From Octopus vulgaris (Eukaryota), in NCBI GenBank assembly GCA_951406725.2, contig OX597815.1, positions 41,416,001 to 41,480,000 on the forward strand: a stretch of 64,000 nt of DNA, written 5' to 3'. The translations under genes and the position numbers were made by a program. Below, in pieces: positions 38,196 to 52,100 of this stretch (its first letter is position 1; each line of letters opens with the position of its first letter). The notes beneath the pieces were generated by a model. That model saw nothing but the letters and a program-made list of their open reading frames with translations, made no database searches and was not told the origin of the DNA.

Positions 38196-40678
38196 AGAAG
38201 ACACTTGCTCAAGGTGCAGCACTGTGATTTTGAACTTAGAAAAATGTGCTTGATAAAGGCAGGTTTCTATTATGGTTGTGAATAATTTCCAACCAAATTT
38301 GCAGGTGGAATGTAATGCAGCCTTCTTGGGTACTTTACTACAAGCAGCAAATCAAATTTCAAAATGGTAAAAGAACTATGAAAATTAAATTTTTTATATT
38401 CTATATATTCCTTGTCCTTAAACAAGCTGATAAGACAATCTTTTTTTCAATTGCATATAAATAATTTAGGCTTTGTAGCATTGTAAATTTAGGCTTTATA
38501 TACTTGTAAATACTTGACATTTAAGACATCAATATCTTGGATATAATTTCTCTTCTCACTTTGCAATTGGGATCAACTTTTGTTGACTTTAAACCACAAA
38601 ACTTTTGGTAAGAAAACTGCTTATTACAGACTTGTTCATTGATTCTTAGTATATAAAATGGCAAGGCTGAATTGCATTTTATATTATGTAGATAGTTTTG
38701 CTTCAGAAACTTGTATTGAATTTCTCTTAAGTGCTTTTGCAGATATTTTTGGAATTTGGTATGAATTAAATATAAAACTTTAAACCCAAATTGATCATTG
38801 ATATTTCATTATTTACTTACTTTGATGGATGATAATGGTTTTGTTGACTTTTCATTGGTAAGCATGTCTATTTTCAAAAATATTCCTTTTGTTAGGAAGG
38901 GCATCCAGCCACAGAAACCATACCAAAACAGACATTGGAGCTCAACAGTCCTCTGACCTGTTAGATCCTGTCAAACTGTTCAACTCCCTCCAGTATGGAA
39001 TATGAATGTTTAATAATGATGTTATAATGATGATTCTTTATATTAATGATGACAGATCTGTATTCATCTAGATTTATTGTTATATGAACGATTTATTGCA
39101 GTGTCTTAGGTTCAAGCTCTTAGTTCTGAAAATGTTAACTGTATTTGATAATAAATTGTATTTTGATAACAGACAGCTATGTAACTGTTGCAGGTAAATA
39201 TAAAGTACTGTGAGAATATTCTTTAGGATTTTAAAATCACAGGCTTGTTACATAAAACCTTTAGGGTAATCTTTTTTTTTATCTCCATCTTCACTGTCTT
39301 CAGATATGGGGTGTAAATGAATCTGCAGAACTGTTTCTTTTTATGGCTCCTAATTCTGTATCTAATTTCTAATACAAGATTCTTTTATCTATCTCATTCT
39401 CCATTTATGTATTCATGCCTATATATCCTTAAACAACACATTTTGTTATCTAGTTATCAGTATCATGTATTTTCGACCATTCAATCTCAAGTTTAGGTGG
39501 GGGGAGGTTTCCTTAAATTGATTTATGTCTTCTATTGCACTGCTACTCATTACATTTCTTGAATCAGAGATATACCTTTTTCTTTAAAAGGGAAAAAAAT
39601 TCCTTTTTTTTTGGGACACAATTTTTTTTATATTCAAAAGAAAACTTTCCCTAGTATCAAGCCATAGTGACATATGCATAAATATTAAACCTCTTATTGA
39701 CCATATCACTTGCATCAAAATTTATGAAAGTATCTCAACATTACATATCACAGGCAATCTGGAATTAAATTACTCCTTGATCTGCTTTCACAACTTAGAT
39801 TAAAAGTAGATTTGAAGTTAATTGTTGCCCTAATTGCATAGAATGACACTTTCATCTATTATACAATGAAGTGAAATACAAAACAAAATTTGATAAATTT
39901 GCTGACTGATGTCAACTTCTGTAGACTTAAATCATAAAATTTAGGTTTTTTATGTTTTTATATAGAATAGCCTAACAAATTTATACCTACTAGACTAATT
40001 TCCCACCCTGTCCATTTAATGTTTAAACTACCTGCTTGTAACATTAATTCTACATTTTCTTTAAATGTTCCTTCATTATATAACTTGCTTTTTAATTAAT
40101 GATGTACTTAACAATATGTTCCATAATCTGAAATATATAGTAAGATACTATATATAATGATAAATTATACAAATTTTGGCCATTGCTATGACATGTAATT
40201 AGATAGAAAAAGAATTGGCCACCTGGTTTCCACTAATTGTAAACTTCATCAGAGATGATGTCCCCTTGCAATTTCTTCACACAGCGAGGGAAATATAGCT
40301 ATTTAGTCATTTGTTCAGTGTACCATTAATTGAATGACTATGTAGCCAGCAAAAGTGTTGTTACGCAAATCAGATTAACTGTTTTACCAAAATTAGAATA
40401 TATTGTAATTATAAATATGTGCTATATTTCTGTGTGAGCAGGTTGAACAAATGTGTTGTCTCTAATTACTCAAGACTGATTTGTAGAAGGATAAGACATT
40501 TGTTTATATTTGTCCTCATGTATTTGATTACATACCAATGATGTCTTAAACCTGTATTGTTTACCCTTTGGTATACCCACAATATATTTCAGATTAAACT
40601 TTGGACAACTGTCTTATACTATGGCCCCAGACTGACCAAAATTCTTATGAATGGATTTGGAAGATGTGTGTGTGTGTG

Positions 40679-40716
<38 letters not shown>

Positions 40717-41544
40717 GTATATTATACAAGGATGTTGTTGACAGTCACTTCGAAGTTTCATCCAGCTAAGTCAATGATGGCTTAACTGGCTGAAACTTTG
40801 AAGTCTTTGTCAACAACACTTTTGTATAAGAATAATAAATTTATACTCTGCAAACTTAGAGTAATCCATGTGATTAATGTCAAATTGTTTTTATTGTAAT
40901 TGGACATAAAAATAATGTGTGTGCATTGTATGTACCTTTCTTTTGACATCATGTAATAATTGTAAATGAGTATCACCATCATACGAACAATGTTGTTCAT
41001 TTCCTGTCTTCCACGGGGATATATTTACCTTGTTTAGAAACCAGTAAGAATTGGAAATAGGAAGGGCATCTGGCCATAAGAAATCTTCTTTAACAAATCC
41101 CTTCTAACCCATGAAGTATGGAAAAATGGAAGTTAAAAGATAATGAAATGGTAAATTAGATTGAAATTTCAGTTTTTCAATTTTCTATCAAAAATGCCAT
41201 TGAAAGTAATATACTGAAATATAAATAATAGACTGCTTAATATCAAAATATAGACTTTTGGAAAATGACATTGGTTTTGTTGTAATACTAGTAATTTAGG
41301 TGCACCAAACTAAAGCTTCTATGTGTTTTCAGAGATTACTTATCTGCAACTGGAAATTTCCTTCTAAAGGCAAGGATCTGGATAAGATGTTTTATGGAAG
41401 AATGGATGCGTGCTCATTCAGCAAGTTTCTTCTCTACTTTTATTCACATAGTTTGCCACAAGGGCAGTACACAGAGTAGCTGCGGGCTAGACAAGGACAT
41501 TAATGTGATGAGGATGATAACGATAAAAATGAATAAAAATGGGA

Positions 41545-42030
41545 GGGGCACCGGTGCCCGCCGACCGATAACCCTTCGAAAACACTGTTCAATTTAAAAT
41601 TCAAGAATTTAATATGCAGTAATTAGATACAAGTATAAAAATTTCAAAAACAAAAATTCATTTTTCATTAATCCTTCTCATCTGGATCCCCAAGTATGTT
41701 TCCTGGTGCCTGCAGGAAAGCCTGCATTGGCAGGCCCGGACGGAGGGATACAAAATCCTCGTTATTGCAGGTCCTCTTGACCTCAATTAATTCTTCCTGG
41801 GTAACGAACTCCGCAGCCACCTGCGGAGGCCAACACGGACTGTCTATACAGACCGAATCATATCGTTCTCGGTCTAGAAGACTGTCCAAGTACATCTCAA
41901 CTAATGTTGTCCTGGAGAAAACAAGGCTAGTAAAGCTTGGCAACAGTGTCATCACAAATGTTGGAGGCAGACTAGAGCCAGGACATATGTCAAGATATCC
42001 TACCGACTACTCTAACAATCCTACCAATCC
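41545..42030 (-). mobile_element. Probable internally deleted Mutator-like transposase fragment inside a family M SINE
   Basis: ORF 41668-41955 YDSVCIDSPCWPP|QVAAEFVTQEEL...FLQAPGNIL resembles recalled MULE YxxxTWIxSxxWPP; SINE halves at 41425-41500 and 42030-42165. Confidence 0.45.
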
Positions 42031-43441
42031 CACCACCTTGAACTGGCACTTGATTTATCAATCAAAAAGGATAAAAGGTGATGTTGACCTTGGTAGAATT
42101 TGGACTCAGAATAGAGAGAGCTAAAGCAAACACTGAAAACATTTTGATTCTCTGAATTTGCCTATTCACTTCTTTGGATACACCATCTTTCTTATTAAAT
42201 ACTTGTTTCTAATTAAAAACTACTTGTTAATTACTGAAATGGTAGGTAGTATTTTTAAAATTTTGCTAACTGCTAGTTTTTTTTTTTTTTTTTTTTTTGT
42301 GCTTCCTGAATTTAATATTCAATGGACTAATTATTGCCAAAAAAATGTTTCTGTTGCTAAATTTTCATCTTAAAAAGGAAGTCTTGTCTTGAAGTAACAC
42401 ATCATGAGGCGTCAGAACAACATACACACCAGGAAATCAGTTTCCTATAAAAAAAAAGAAACCTTGCACAGATTTAATTATTTTATATATTATAATTGAT
42501 TTAATTAATCAGCACTGTGTATATATATGTGTGCAGATACATGCAATTCAACAACTAAACTGCATCGTTGGGAGCAAAATGTCTCCTCCAAGTTAGAGTT
42601 TTAATCATGACTTAACTAAACTGCTTGGCTTCTATAAACAAATATTACTATTTTTCCACCCCACATGTAAACAAGCAACTTATTTAGAATCTTTTTATCC
42701 TGTCTCATCTCTCAAATTTACTTTGTTAACAGCATCAGTTTTATTTTGCACCAATTGTCTGTCTGTCCTTGAAATTCTGTTATAAATATGAAGCAAATAC
42801 ATGATACAGCCATGTTTTTTTTTTCTGTCTAAGAAATCTGTCTCTGTTGTAGACTGCTGCAATTACTCTGATTGTCTTAAAGAATGGTTCACATTAATTT
42901 TATCTTAATTTTGTTTTAATCTTTTTATTTTTAAAGTGTACTTAGTGATTGTTCAGCAAGTTTTACATTTTCGAAAAGAATTTGTATGTAAAACCGTCAC
43001 TTTTAATTTAATCACGATTTAGTTTTAAAACACATGCCCTGTTATATTTCCTTGCCATATCAGTATGGAGACCCAAGTTATTACTCAGTCTATGTTTTAA
43101 ACTCTAATTTATTACACTGTATATTGTTTTACTCAGCATCTTTCAAAGGGGAAAGGCTGATAAAAGGTTGAGATAAGCTATAGAATATGAAGGGAAATTG
43201 TCAGGTTAATCTTTACAATGTTTTGGTAAATTTATATAATCTAATCAACCCTTAATATTGGAGCTAAACATATTGCATTTTACAAGTTAAAAAATGTCTT
43301 TGTATAAATATATATAGCCGAAATTACTACGATGATCCGGTTCTTGACTGAAGACTGAGGGTTTCGAATGTCCTGTCCGTGTTTATTGTATCGTTTTCTT
43401 GAGTTATACGTTCTTGTCCATGTTGTATTTTTCTACATACC

Positions 43442-43480
<39 letters not shown>

Positions 43481-43529
43481 ATATAAAACCACAAGTATGG
43501 CCACATGGTTTAGAAGTTTATTTGCAGAC

Positions 43530-43950
43530 ACATTCGAGCGTGATCGTTAGCAGCGTCACCTTACTGGCACTTGAGCCCCATGCTAGTAGGGTATTAAGAG
43601 CACCATCTGAACATGATCTCTGCCAGAGCGGCTATCTGGCCTCCATGCCGGTGGCACGTAAAGGACAACATTTGAGCATGATCATTACCAGCATCGCCTT
43701 ACTGGCACCTGTGCCGGTGGGATGTGTAAAAGATTCGAGCGAGGTCATTGCCAGTACCGACTGACTGGCACATAAAAGCACCCACTACACTCTCGGAGTG
43801 GTTGGTGTTAGGAAGGGCATCCAGCTGTAGAAACTCTGCCAGATCAAGATTGAAGCTTGGTGCAGCCATCTGGTTCACCAGCCCTCAGTCATTTGTCCAA
43901 CCCATGCTAGCATGGAAAGCGGACATTAAACGATGATGATGACGATGATG
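43530..43950 (+). mobile_element. RTE 3' end with tandem units and (GAT)n tail
   Basis: Near-identical to 2500-2680 over its 3' part. Confidence 0.9.
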
Positions 43951-45686
43951 ACATGGCTTCAGATTTCCTCCTACTATAAGTTCCTTTAGCAAGTATCTTC
44001 TATTTGAGGTTGAACAAAGCCTTAAGAGTAAAATTTTATATGGATTGAAACTACAGAAGCCCATCTGTGTGCATATTAGCATAGGATGAGCAGAATCAGT
44101 GTGGTGAATAAAAATACCTTCTAGTATTTTGATTCATCAGTCATCTACCTTTTATGTCATAACTAACTTATTTGTCTTTTACATGGTTGATAAAATAAGT
44201 ATCAGGTAAAGCAATAGCATTGATCTAAACTAAAACCTTTGAAGGCAGTACACCAGCATGGTTGGAATCCAGTGACCAGAACCAATAAAACGTTATTGTT
44301 CCTTTCTATATCATTTCTAGCAATATAATTGATATTTCAAATTTTTATACACAAGCTTTCTTGGGTTATTAAACTACACAGCATGCCTGGAAGATACTCA
44401 TTTCTGACAGTTAAGCAAGTTTTAAAATGTTGAACTTACTGCTAATATTTTTCAAATGTTTAAAAAATTTCAGAAAAAGAACACATTTGCAGTATCTCAT
44501 ATGAAAATAAAATAGTGAAGATAATGGCAAATCTTTTCTAATGTATTTGAGAATCCAGTGGCTTGACAAGCAATAAGTTTTGCTACTGGGACTGTTTGTT
44601 TTGTCTATCACTGGTGCTTATAATTGTCTTAATATCAAGTTTCTATGTCTATTTTCAATAGACTTAGTTGATCCAGTTGAATAAATGATATGAAGCATTA
44701 TTTAAAATAATTAGTATAAAAAAATAAATTAAAATCATTAGCATTTGAAAGCCATTGGTTAGATATTAAACTTTGGTTTAACTTTTAAAAGTTTGGACAT
44801 TTAAATTCAACTATTTTTGGAGCAAAAGTTTCAGTTGGATGAATTCAAAATATGCTTGTTTATCAAAGAAATACTTATTTTTTCACTAGCATCAGTTATG
44901 CTCTGTATACATTCCAGGCAAAGATACTTTAATATCTTTGTTCGCTTAGCTGTAGGTTAATATCATATAAAAGTACAGTTCATCTCTGTAAACATTAAGG
45001 CATCATGAAATTGATATTAGGTTAATTAGCAGTAACGAGCTCAAATTTTCCAAAACCTAGAAAATATAACCATAAACAGTTCTAATTCATTCTCTTTAAT
45101 TTCTCTCCAAGAATACATAATCTTCAGTAAATGTTTGAATTTTGGGTGTATTGATGTAGGCCAGATAGAGTCATCTGATAGGGAGTTTGCTTTTTGAGCA
45201 TGTGGTTTCACGCAACTTGTGCGAAGTTTCTACTCTGCCTTGGGTCATCTGCTTTAACACCTACTGCTTGACCCTTGGCTATCTTTAGAGTAGTTCATCC
45301 TGCAACAAGTATTCAGACCAAATTATCAAGTCATAGTTTTGTCTTCCCACTCTCCACCATTCTTGCAAGCTCTGCAAAAGTTTATGGATGGTGCCCTTCT
45401 TTGATTAAGCCATAAAATAAAACATTTTCCCAATGATAACTATCGATCTGTTGTCATTAAATAATACAAGAAACTAATTTTCATTTTCCTATTATGGAAA
45501 TTAAATTTTAAATTAATAAACAGCTTACGATAGTTCCCCCCGTCCCCAATAAATCAAATTACACTTCATAAAGGAATTGTATTTTCATTAAAACTAATGT
45601 CTGTTTTTACCTTGGTAACTGCTCCATTTCATTTTGAAAACCAGTTTCAATGCATTCACCTTAAACAATATGCTGCAATTATTTAA

Positions 45687-45901
45687 CCCTTTGGCATTCA
45701 GCTTACTCTATCAAATGTAATACTTATTTATTCACATTGTTTTGGAATTAATCATACATTATCTTGTAGCTTCAAGATTTCAATGATGTGAATGTTTATA
45801 TTTTAGAATGACCTTAGGTGTGAGAGGCCAGATCTGGTCAGTTTGAACATAAAACAGGTAGAATATTTTGGCTGGATATGGCTGGTTTAAATGCTAAAAG
45901 G
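45687..45901 (+). mobile_element. piggyBac-type MITE
   Basis: TTAA|CCCTTTGGCATT...AATGCTAAAAGG|TTAA. Confidence 0.88.
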
Positions 45902-46055
45902 TTAACTGTTTACACTCTCTACCAACCATGAAGAAGTTTAGCATTGCCACCCATCCATTATGTATCTATCCATGTAAATTATGAACCTTAATGTCTGTAG
46001 CTTTTCCCAATCCTTCATCCTCATTGTCATCATTCTTTCAACTCTGGTTTCTACA

Positions 46056-46056
<1 letters not shown>

Positions 46057-46120
<64 letters not shown>
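46057..46120. repeat. (AC)n microsatellite
   Basis: Direct inspection. Confidence 0.97.
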
Positions 46121-46123
<3 letters not shown>

Positions 46124-46363
46124 TGTATGTATTGAACTCAATTTATTGACATTATTCCATGGTCAGATTCCCTTCTTGATGCTGACCTGTTCTTCGAGTA
46201 AGGCATATCTTATATTGTTTTTCACATTAAAGCCGCCAACCTACAGGATGTATTGTCTACAGATATAAACATAACATCAGCATCACTGAAATGGTATCAA
46301 TGCAAAAGTATACAGGAATAAACACTCAGGCACATACATGCATGTACATATACACACACATAC

Positions 46364-46421
<58 letters not shown>

Positions 46422-46423
<2 letters not shown>

Positions 46424-46645
46424 AACAACTTATAAACAAGGGCAAAAGAATAATTATTTCTTTGCCAATATGCTGAGAACAGACTTTAAATTGTCAATTT
46501 CCACATTTTATTATACATTCACTATAAATACACGTGTATTTATAGTGACTGTTAAATGAAATGTGGAAATTGACGATTTAAAGTCTGTTCACAACATATT
46601 GGCAAAGAAATAATTGTTCTTTTGCCCTTGTTTATAAGTTGTTTA
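46422..46645. repeat. 224-bp spacerless imperfect palindrome
   Basis: 112-bp arms centred on CACGTG (46531-36); perfect 30-bp core tcactataaatacacgtgtatttatagtga. Confidence 0.95.
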
Positions 46646-48814
46646 TAATTTTAACCTTTAAAGGTATTTTAATATGCTGCCACTTTTGATGAAATTTTTC
46701 TGAAAAAAAAATTTTATCCTATATTAGTAGTATATATATACATGTATATATTTGTATAGAATAACTTCTGTATGGTTTCTTTGTCAACTTCACTAACAAG
46801 ACATCAAGACAAAGACTACAAGAATACACTGAAGGTGCTATATGGTTATAGAGCAAACTTGTTAACTACACAGTCATTGCTGTGCGCGCACACACAAACA
46901 CACACTCCATTTCGTAAATAAAACTACAATTTAAAGAATTCATAAAGCCGTTTTCGTAAGTATAGATTGCAAATTTTTTTGTTTTGTTCTAAATGGCTGA
47001 TATTTTTTAAGTAGTAAAAGAAATTTGATATATAGTTTCCTTTTAATCTATACAAAAGCTAATGGGGGAGGAGATTCCTGGTGTGGCATGGTGAAACGTA
47101 TCTCAGTTGCAACCACTTGGAGAAGACAAGTTTAAAGAACACAGTGCAAAATTTCATTAAAAAATACTTTTTTCACTTGAATATTTTATAGCAAACAAGA
47201 CATTCAGGAACATAGCAATCTTATGTGAAATTATCTACACTCTTACATATTTTCCATTGTTCATGAATACCCTGCAGGGATCTTGGGATGATGTACTCTA
47301 TACTTTTTATCCTATTAATGACAAAGGTTTATATGTTGAACACAATGAATTTTCTCTTATTAAAGATTAAATTGGAGATTATACTCAAATTGTTTGGGTT
47401 CAGTGTTGAGGCTATGACACATTTCCCATTCAGTTTTTTTTTTTTGTTTTTATTTTATAGATGTATTTAGGTCAAGAAAGTTAGAGAGAAAGGGAGTTTG
47501 TTTTTCTTTCTATTTGATATAAATGATAAACAAAATGTTTAGATTAGAGTAAATTCTGTTTTAAATGAGAACGAAAACCCTGGCAGAAAAGTCCTTTTTA
47601 TTTATGTATTAGTTTTTTTGTTTTTGTTTTGAGATTCTCATTCGACTGTTCATAATTTGTTTACAACTTACCTAATTCAAATTCATCTTACAAGTTATCT
47701 TTTTAGTCTTACCCGGTATTAAGCTTAACTTGACCTAATCTCTTAATAAGAGGATGAAGATTTATGAAAATAGACAAAATTTAATAAATATTATACAGCA
47801 CTTTTATTCTGTTATTGTTAGCAAGACTATAGACTTTTTTTTTCTCTAGTTTCAGCTCAGAGCTGTTGCCATGCTGATGCACCGCCATTTATTTATATTT
47901 TATTTTCAAATATTTGATGATTTTATGTTTGGACGTAGCTAAATCATTAAAAACTACAGCAAGTCATTTAAATCTGTCACATAAAACCTTGTGTGATTTG
48001 CTTTTAAACATTTGCTTTTCTCTTGCATTGAGGACAACTAACATAAATTTGTTCATAACTTAATCAGAGGAAAGGTAAAGCCCAGGATTTTGACAGGCAC
48101 TTTTAGCCTAGTGAGATTAATGTGGCTGGTATTGAGATTAAACATTGGTAGTCAATGTTTGCAGAAAATATGTGAATGCATAATTCCAATGATTGTAGTC
48201 CTGAGGAGAAGACCAAGGCAAAATGCTTCTTGCAAGGTCTGAGAGGAGAGATAATGATGGAATGGAAGAAAAAGATAGGTATAGTAGTAGAAGAGGCCAA
48301 GGAGAAAACTGCACATGTGACCTAGCAAATATGTGTTGGTGAGTGATTCTTTGCCAGTGAGGATGTCTATGAGCAGCTTTGTCCCCCATATATTAGTTAG
48401 TTGTACTTCAGTGTGGGTTTCATTTGAGTTTTGTAGTGGTGCAACAACTGATCAGAACTGAAAATTTGTCTTTACATCAAAGTCCTAATCCTTGTGATAC
48501 ACCTTAGATACTGTTATACTACACAGAATTGATGATGACTTGGTACCTTGTTCTGTCCTTTCACTGATTGTTTTAGGTAGCTATGTAGTTCTGAGCAGAC
48601 ATTGAGATCCTCTCAGAACGTAACAGTTTGAAGGAAATAGGACTACACTAATACTTGGCTATCACTCTAGTGATCCTGAAAGCTTGGAAGGCAAGAATGA
48701 CCACAACAAAATAGAGCACAAAGAACTGGAACACACATAAAACATTTTATCTGACATTCTAATGGCTCTAGTATATGATTGTCTTGGTACTGTTTATATG
48801 TATGCGTGTGTGCA

Positions 48815-49145
48815 GGCATGGTTGTGTGGCTAAGAAGCTTACTTCCCAACCCTGTGGTTTCAGGTTCAGTCCTACTGTGCAGCAACTTAGGTGAGTGTCT
48901 CCTATTGTAAACCTAGGTTGAGCAAAGCATTGTAAGTGAATTTGGTAGGCAGAAGGTGAAAGAAGTCCATGTGTGTTATCATTTCTTTGTCTTAGCATCA
49001 TGTGATGGTTGTAAATGAATGTTGCCATCATACCAGCAATGTTATTGTTTCCAATCTTCCAAGAAATGCATGTCTAGGCATGACAAAATGTTACTTTGCT
49101 TGGAAACTTGTGAGGGCTGGCAACAGAAAGACCATCCAATGTAGC
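48815..49145 (+). mobile_element. SINE family D variant
   Basis: ggcatggttgtgtggctaagaagcttacttcccaac...caggttcagtccta head. Confidence 0.75.
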
Positions 49146-52100
49146 ATGACAAATTGGATATTAAAACAATGATGTATATATTTGTGAAACCAAAAAATAA
49201 TTCAAACTTCGTTTTTGGTTCCATTAACTCTTTTTTTTAAAGCTCTAAAATTTTCCTCTAACTTTTCCTTATAGCTATAAAATAGCTGCAATTTGTTTTA
49301 TAGCTCTTAAACTTTAATTTGAAAAGTTACAATTGGCTTACAGTTGGATATAGCTTATCTCCATTTTAAACAGAAGTCTTTAGCCTATGCGGGCACTGTA
49401 CTAATTTATCTTCCACAAAAATTATTAAAATCACTGGCCCATATTTCACTTAGGTACTTTTTCAATGAAGGGCCTTACCCAAAATGTCAGATATCTCTTC
49501 TTTCTCACAGTAAACTTATTCCACTGTTGAACTTTTAATAAATATGTGCCATGAAAATGTACTTAAAACAGTATTTTGTTGCAACACATTACAATGTTCT
49601 TGTTAGATTACTATTATGATAGTCTTTTGTTGCTCCCTAATGATATAATGTGTTGATAGATATGGCTTCTAACTTTACTTTAAGCATAACTACTCATAGT
49701 TAAATTTAAATAATGTTTTTTAAGGGAATAGTTTATCAAAACATTTTCTTTCTTTCTTTTTTTGTTGCTTTTAATAACTTATAAGTTGTCTAAAAATAGC
49801 AATATATATATATATATATATATATGCATATATATTCAGTTCTTGAATTTATGAATTTTAAACTGTCACATTATTAATGAAACAGGTTATTTAAGCCACT
49901 ATTAATGAACTGTAAATTGAATGTTTCATTTATCAAGTTTAACTGTAAACTTTCGGAATTTTCATTTCTGAACATATTCCATATCAACTTTTTTTCCTTA
50001 CATCATTATTAAGAGTAGTAGTAGTAGTAACCATATGAAATTAACTCTGGGCAACTTCTTTTTCTTGTAACTAAATTTAATGGCTTAAGCATCTCTTATA
50101 AACGAAGTGATTCTTTAGCTAAATTTAAATTCATGGTAGTGACACAGATTCCTGATTGTATCAGAACTAGTTGTTGGGTAAAGGCTGTAAGATTGCTTAG
50201 TATATTATTTTTTTATTTCCTGAAGTTTATATTCTTTTTAATTGCTGGTTTGCCATAATTTTTGAATTTTAAAAGTTAATTTTAGAATTACATTGATTCA
50301 TCTTGTTAGAGAGTTTATGAAACTTAGTCTTAGTAGACAATCTTCAGTGGAAATAATATTGAAAAAGTAATGTAAGATATTAAACCTTCAAATGGAATTC
50401 CATAATTCTTTCTTGATGTCTGAATTTTTTTTTTCTATAATACAGGATTCTTTGTTATAAACTGTTCAGACAACAAATTGCCAGGCATTAGAGAACTCTT
50501 GAATCTTATTACAATCACATATTTTTTCTTTCTCAGCTAAAGCTTTTATTCATTCAGCCTTGAGCTAGAATTCTGAAATGAAACAGATTAGATTTATATA
50601 TTATTTTGAAAATTAATACTTGTTCAGAAATATCTACTAGATTTTTGGATGTAAACAGTGGGTCATTTTTCTGTTGCATGTTTTCTCCATTGTCTTTGGT
50701 TAAACAGTATCAGCTAAAGACATTTGTCCTTGGGTTGGCTGGGTGGGCTTAATGAATGCTTGTCACTGAAAAAGAAAAAGGAAACAACTTCTGATTACCA
50801 ATCATTGGTCCATTTTGCTTAACTAATGTTTTGTAAATTTGTAGCTTTTTCTGTAGTCAAGGATCTTGTTAAAATTTTGAAAATTTTCCTTCTTTTTCTT
50901 TTAGTCTGTAAAATGTAAATTAGGAGTCATGCATTTGTTTTGTTAACACAATTTTAAATAGAATTTGAATACTTTTGTCTGAAGCAGCATTTTTATAAGC
51001 ATTTAAAAATATTGCATGTCTAGCAAGATATTAGATGGTTAGCTTGCAAAATATGGGATAGGTTTCTTTGATTCAACAAACTCTAGACATTTTTCATATT
51101 TGATGTTATCTCTTTCCCAGTTGTTGTTTTGGTTATGAAACAGCAGTGATCAAACAAATTTATAACACACATTTGAATGACTGGATGTAATTCACAGACT
51201 TCAAAGCTCCAGAAATACCATTCCTTTGCCTAGTTGAAGACAATATCCCACCATGACATGCAGTGATTTATCAAAAGCAAGCTAAGCATGTTGTATTTTC
51301 TCTATTTTGCAGTTTATTCTAGCATGCCTGTAAGCTCTTTTGGCAGTCACAATAAAGGCAAATTAAGTGGACTTGTCTAGAGCAAGACAATTACAGTTTT
51401 TTTACATACATACTTGTGTGTGTGTGTGTGTGTTAGTGTGCATCCCAGACAGCTTTTTATACTAATGAGGTCACTAATGCTGCTGTTATTTTTATGAGTA
51501 TTTGTTTTTCATGTTCGTTTGGAGTGAGTGAGAATGATAGCACTCTTACTATTTTGTTGTACCTGTATTTGAGGTGATAAAGAACACTACAATAACAAAC
51601 TGCTCTTTGCATACTCATGTAGTTTGTTATTTTAAGTACTTTTTTTTATATATTTCATTGTTTACATGTATAATGTAAAGTATACGAATTTATCAAACAA
51701 GTGGTGTCCTCCAGTAGACAATTTTTTCATGATATTTGTTGGGATTAGGAGTTTGAATTTGAAATTAAGAAATAAGGAAAAAGATACTGAGAATACAATT
51801 CATTTATTTATTTTGATACTTATTATGAAGTTATTATAGTTTCTAGTTGGTGGTAAGAAATTTCTTTCTTTTTAGATATTGTCAGCATGACATAACTTGA
51901 GATATATTAAAACATTTTAAGCAAAATCTCTCTTATAGATGGAAAATGTGTTTATGATTTGTTCTGTGATTGAGAACTTCCATGATCTTGTATTATTATT
52001 TCTTTATGTTGGTCAAATATGCTATCCATATATTTTCACTTTCCCTACTAGGACTTTTGTAGATATGTTAGATGGCATAAGTAATTTTTTTCAAATATGC

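Noticed and set aside
40215-40260. Minus-strand CTGATGA...GAAAC (similar case at 24885-24920)
   Set aside because: No stem I, and no valid stem III with a UH cleavage site.
40298-40346. Short hairpin tagtcatt/aatgacta as a pre-miRNA
   Set aside because: Only ~49 nt with a tiny loop and no basal stem extension; plausible by chance in AT-rich DNA.
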